A stretch of DNA of 5,671 bases. Origin: a virus (Duplodnaviria > Heunggongvirae > Uroviricota > Caudoviricetes). A program made the translations under genes and the position numbers. The first letter of the stretch is position 1, and every line of letters begins with the position of its first letter. The notes under the pieces were generated by a model. The model was not told the origin of the DNA. It saw nothing but the letters and a program-made list of their open reading frames with translations, and did not search any database. The stretch is taken from the IMG/VR virus record IMGVR_UViG_2703718781_000017; one strand, given 5' to 3'. Of this stretch, positions 5,391 through 5,671 are shown piece by piece.

Positions 5391-5671
5391 GAAGGTGAAC
5401 AATCCACTGTTCACCCTTCACCGTATATTCACCCGTTATCACACTGAAATTAAAAGAGAAAAACGAAAGGTGAACAGTGTGAACAATCAAATCAAAAAAA
5501 ACTTTTTTCTTCCGGTGTGATTTCAGCACGGGAAATTAATCCCCTGCACAAGTCACACCGGCAGAATGCCGGAGGTGAAGAATCGAATGTTCACCCTTCA
5601 CCCATTATTCACCACCTATCACTATGAAATAAAATGAGAAAACAGAAAGGTGAACAGTGTGAACAGTTCTT
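5391..5671. repeat. crr-like cis replication region: two ~100 bp imperfect direct repeats spaced 180 bp apart, each carrying TGTTCACC and GGTGAACA iterons
   Basis: Unit 1 (5391..5488) and unit 2 (5571..5668) align at roughly 80 percent identity with a 180-bp offset. Exact octamers: GGTGAACA at 5394..5401, 5469..5476 and 5649..5656; TGTTCACC at 5408..5415 and 5588..5595. Degenerate copies include CTTCACC, ATTCACC, GGTGAAGA and GTGTGAACA. A GC hairpin precedes each unit (5351..5368 and 5558..5572). The window ends inside or just after unit 2. Confidence 0.75.

Noticed and set aside
2968-5407. Numerous ORFs overlapping the primase gene on either strand (for example 3035..3505, 3541..4302, 3743..3976, 4479..4805, 4993..5253, 5180..5407)
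   Set aside because: The primase frame carries coherent zinc-ribbon, Toprim and Walker A motifs across 777 codons; the overlapping frames are Arg/Gly/Pro-rich GC-codon artefacts.
5391-5671. Possibility that the repeated units are a CRISPR array or a miniature transposable element
   Set aside because: There are only two units, they are imperfect (about 80 percent), the spacing of 180 bp and unit length do not fit CRISPR repeat-spacer geometry, and there are no terminal inverted repeats or target-site duplications; the shared octamer with the upstream cluster points to replication-protein binding sites.

Overview
This window reads as the replication and regulation module of a P4-like satellite phage or phage-inducible chromosomal island from an enterobacterial genome. 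It contains: (i) the 5' end of a reverse-strand gene running off the left edge (1..407), missing from the ORF track; (ii) a divergent AT-rich intergenic region with six copies of the octamer TGTTCACC (577..680, ori-like) and two TGT-N12-ACA dyads; (iii) an AlpA-family regulator gene (959..1225); (iv) a ~390 bp leader with a promoter-like element, a short hairpin plus T7 tract, a 12-bp tandem direct repeat and a 9-bp-stem hairpin; (v) four small tightly packed uncharacterised genes (1615..2867); (vi) a 777-aa P4 alpha-type primase-helicase (3010..5343) with zinc ribbon, Toprim and Walker A motifs; (vii) a strong intrinsic terminator followed by two ~100 bp imperfect direct repeats spaced 180 bp apart that carry the same octamer (5391..5671, crr-like), the second cut by the window end. 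No integrase, attachment site, tRNA, CRISPR array or recognisable defence system is visible. The best candidates for undescribed biology are the four-gene cassette and the structured leader, which sit where P4 encodes its RNA-based immunity and helper-derepression functions. All calls are from reading the sequence; no database search was run.
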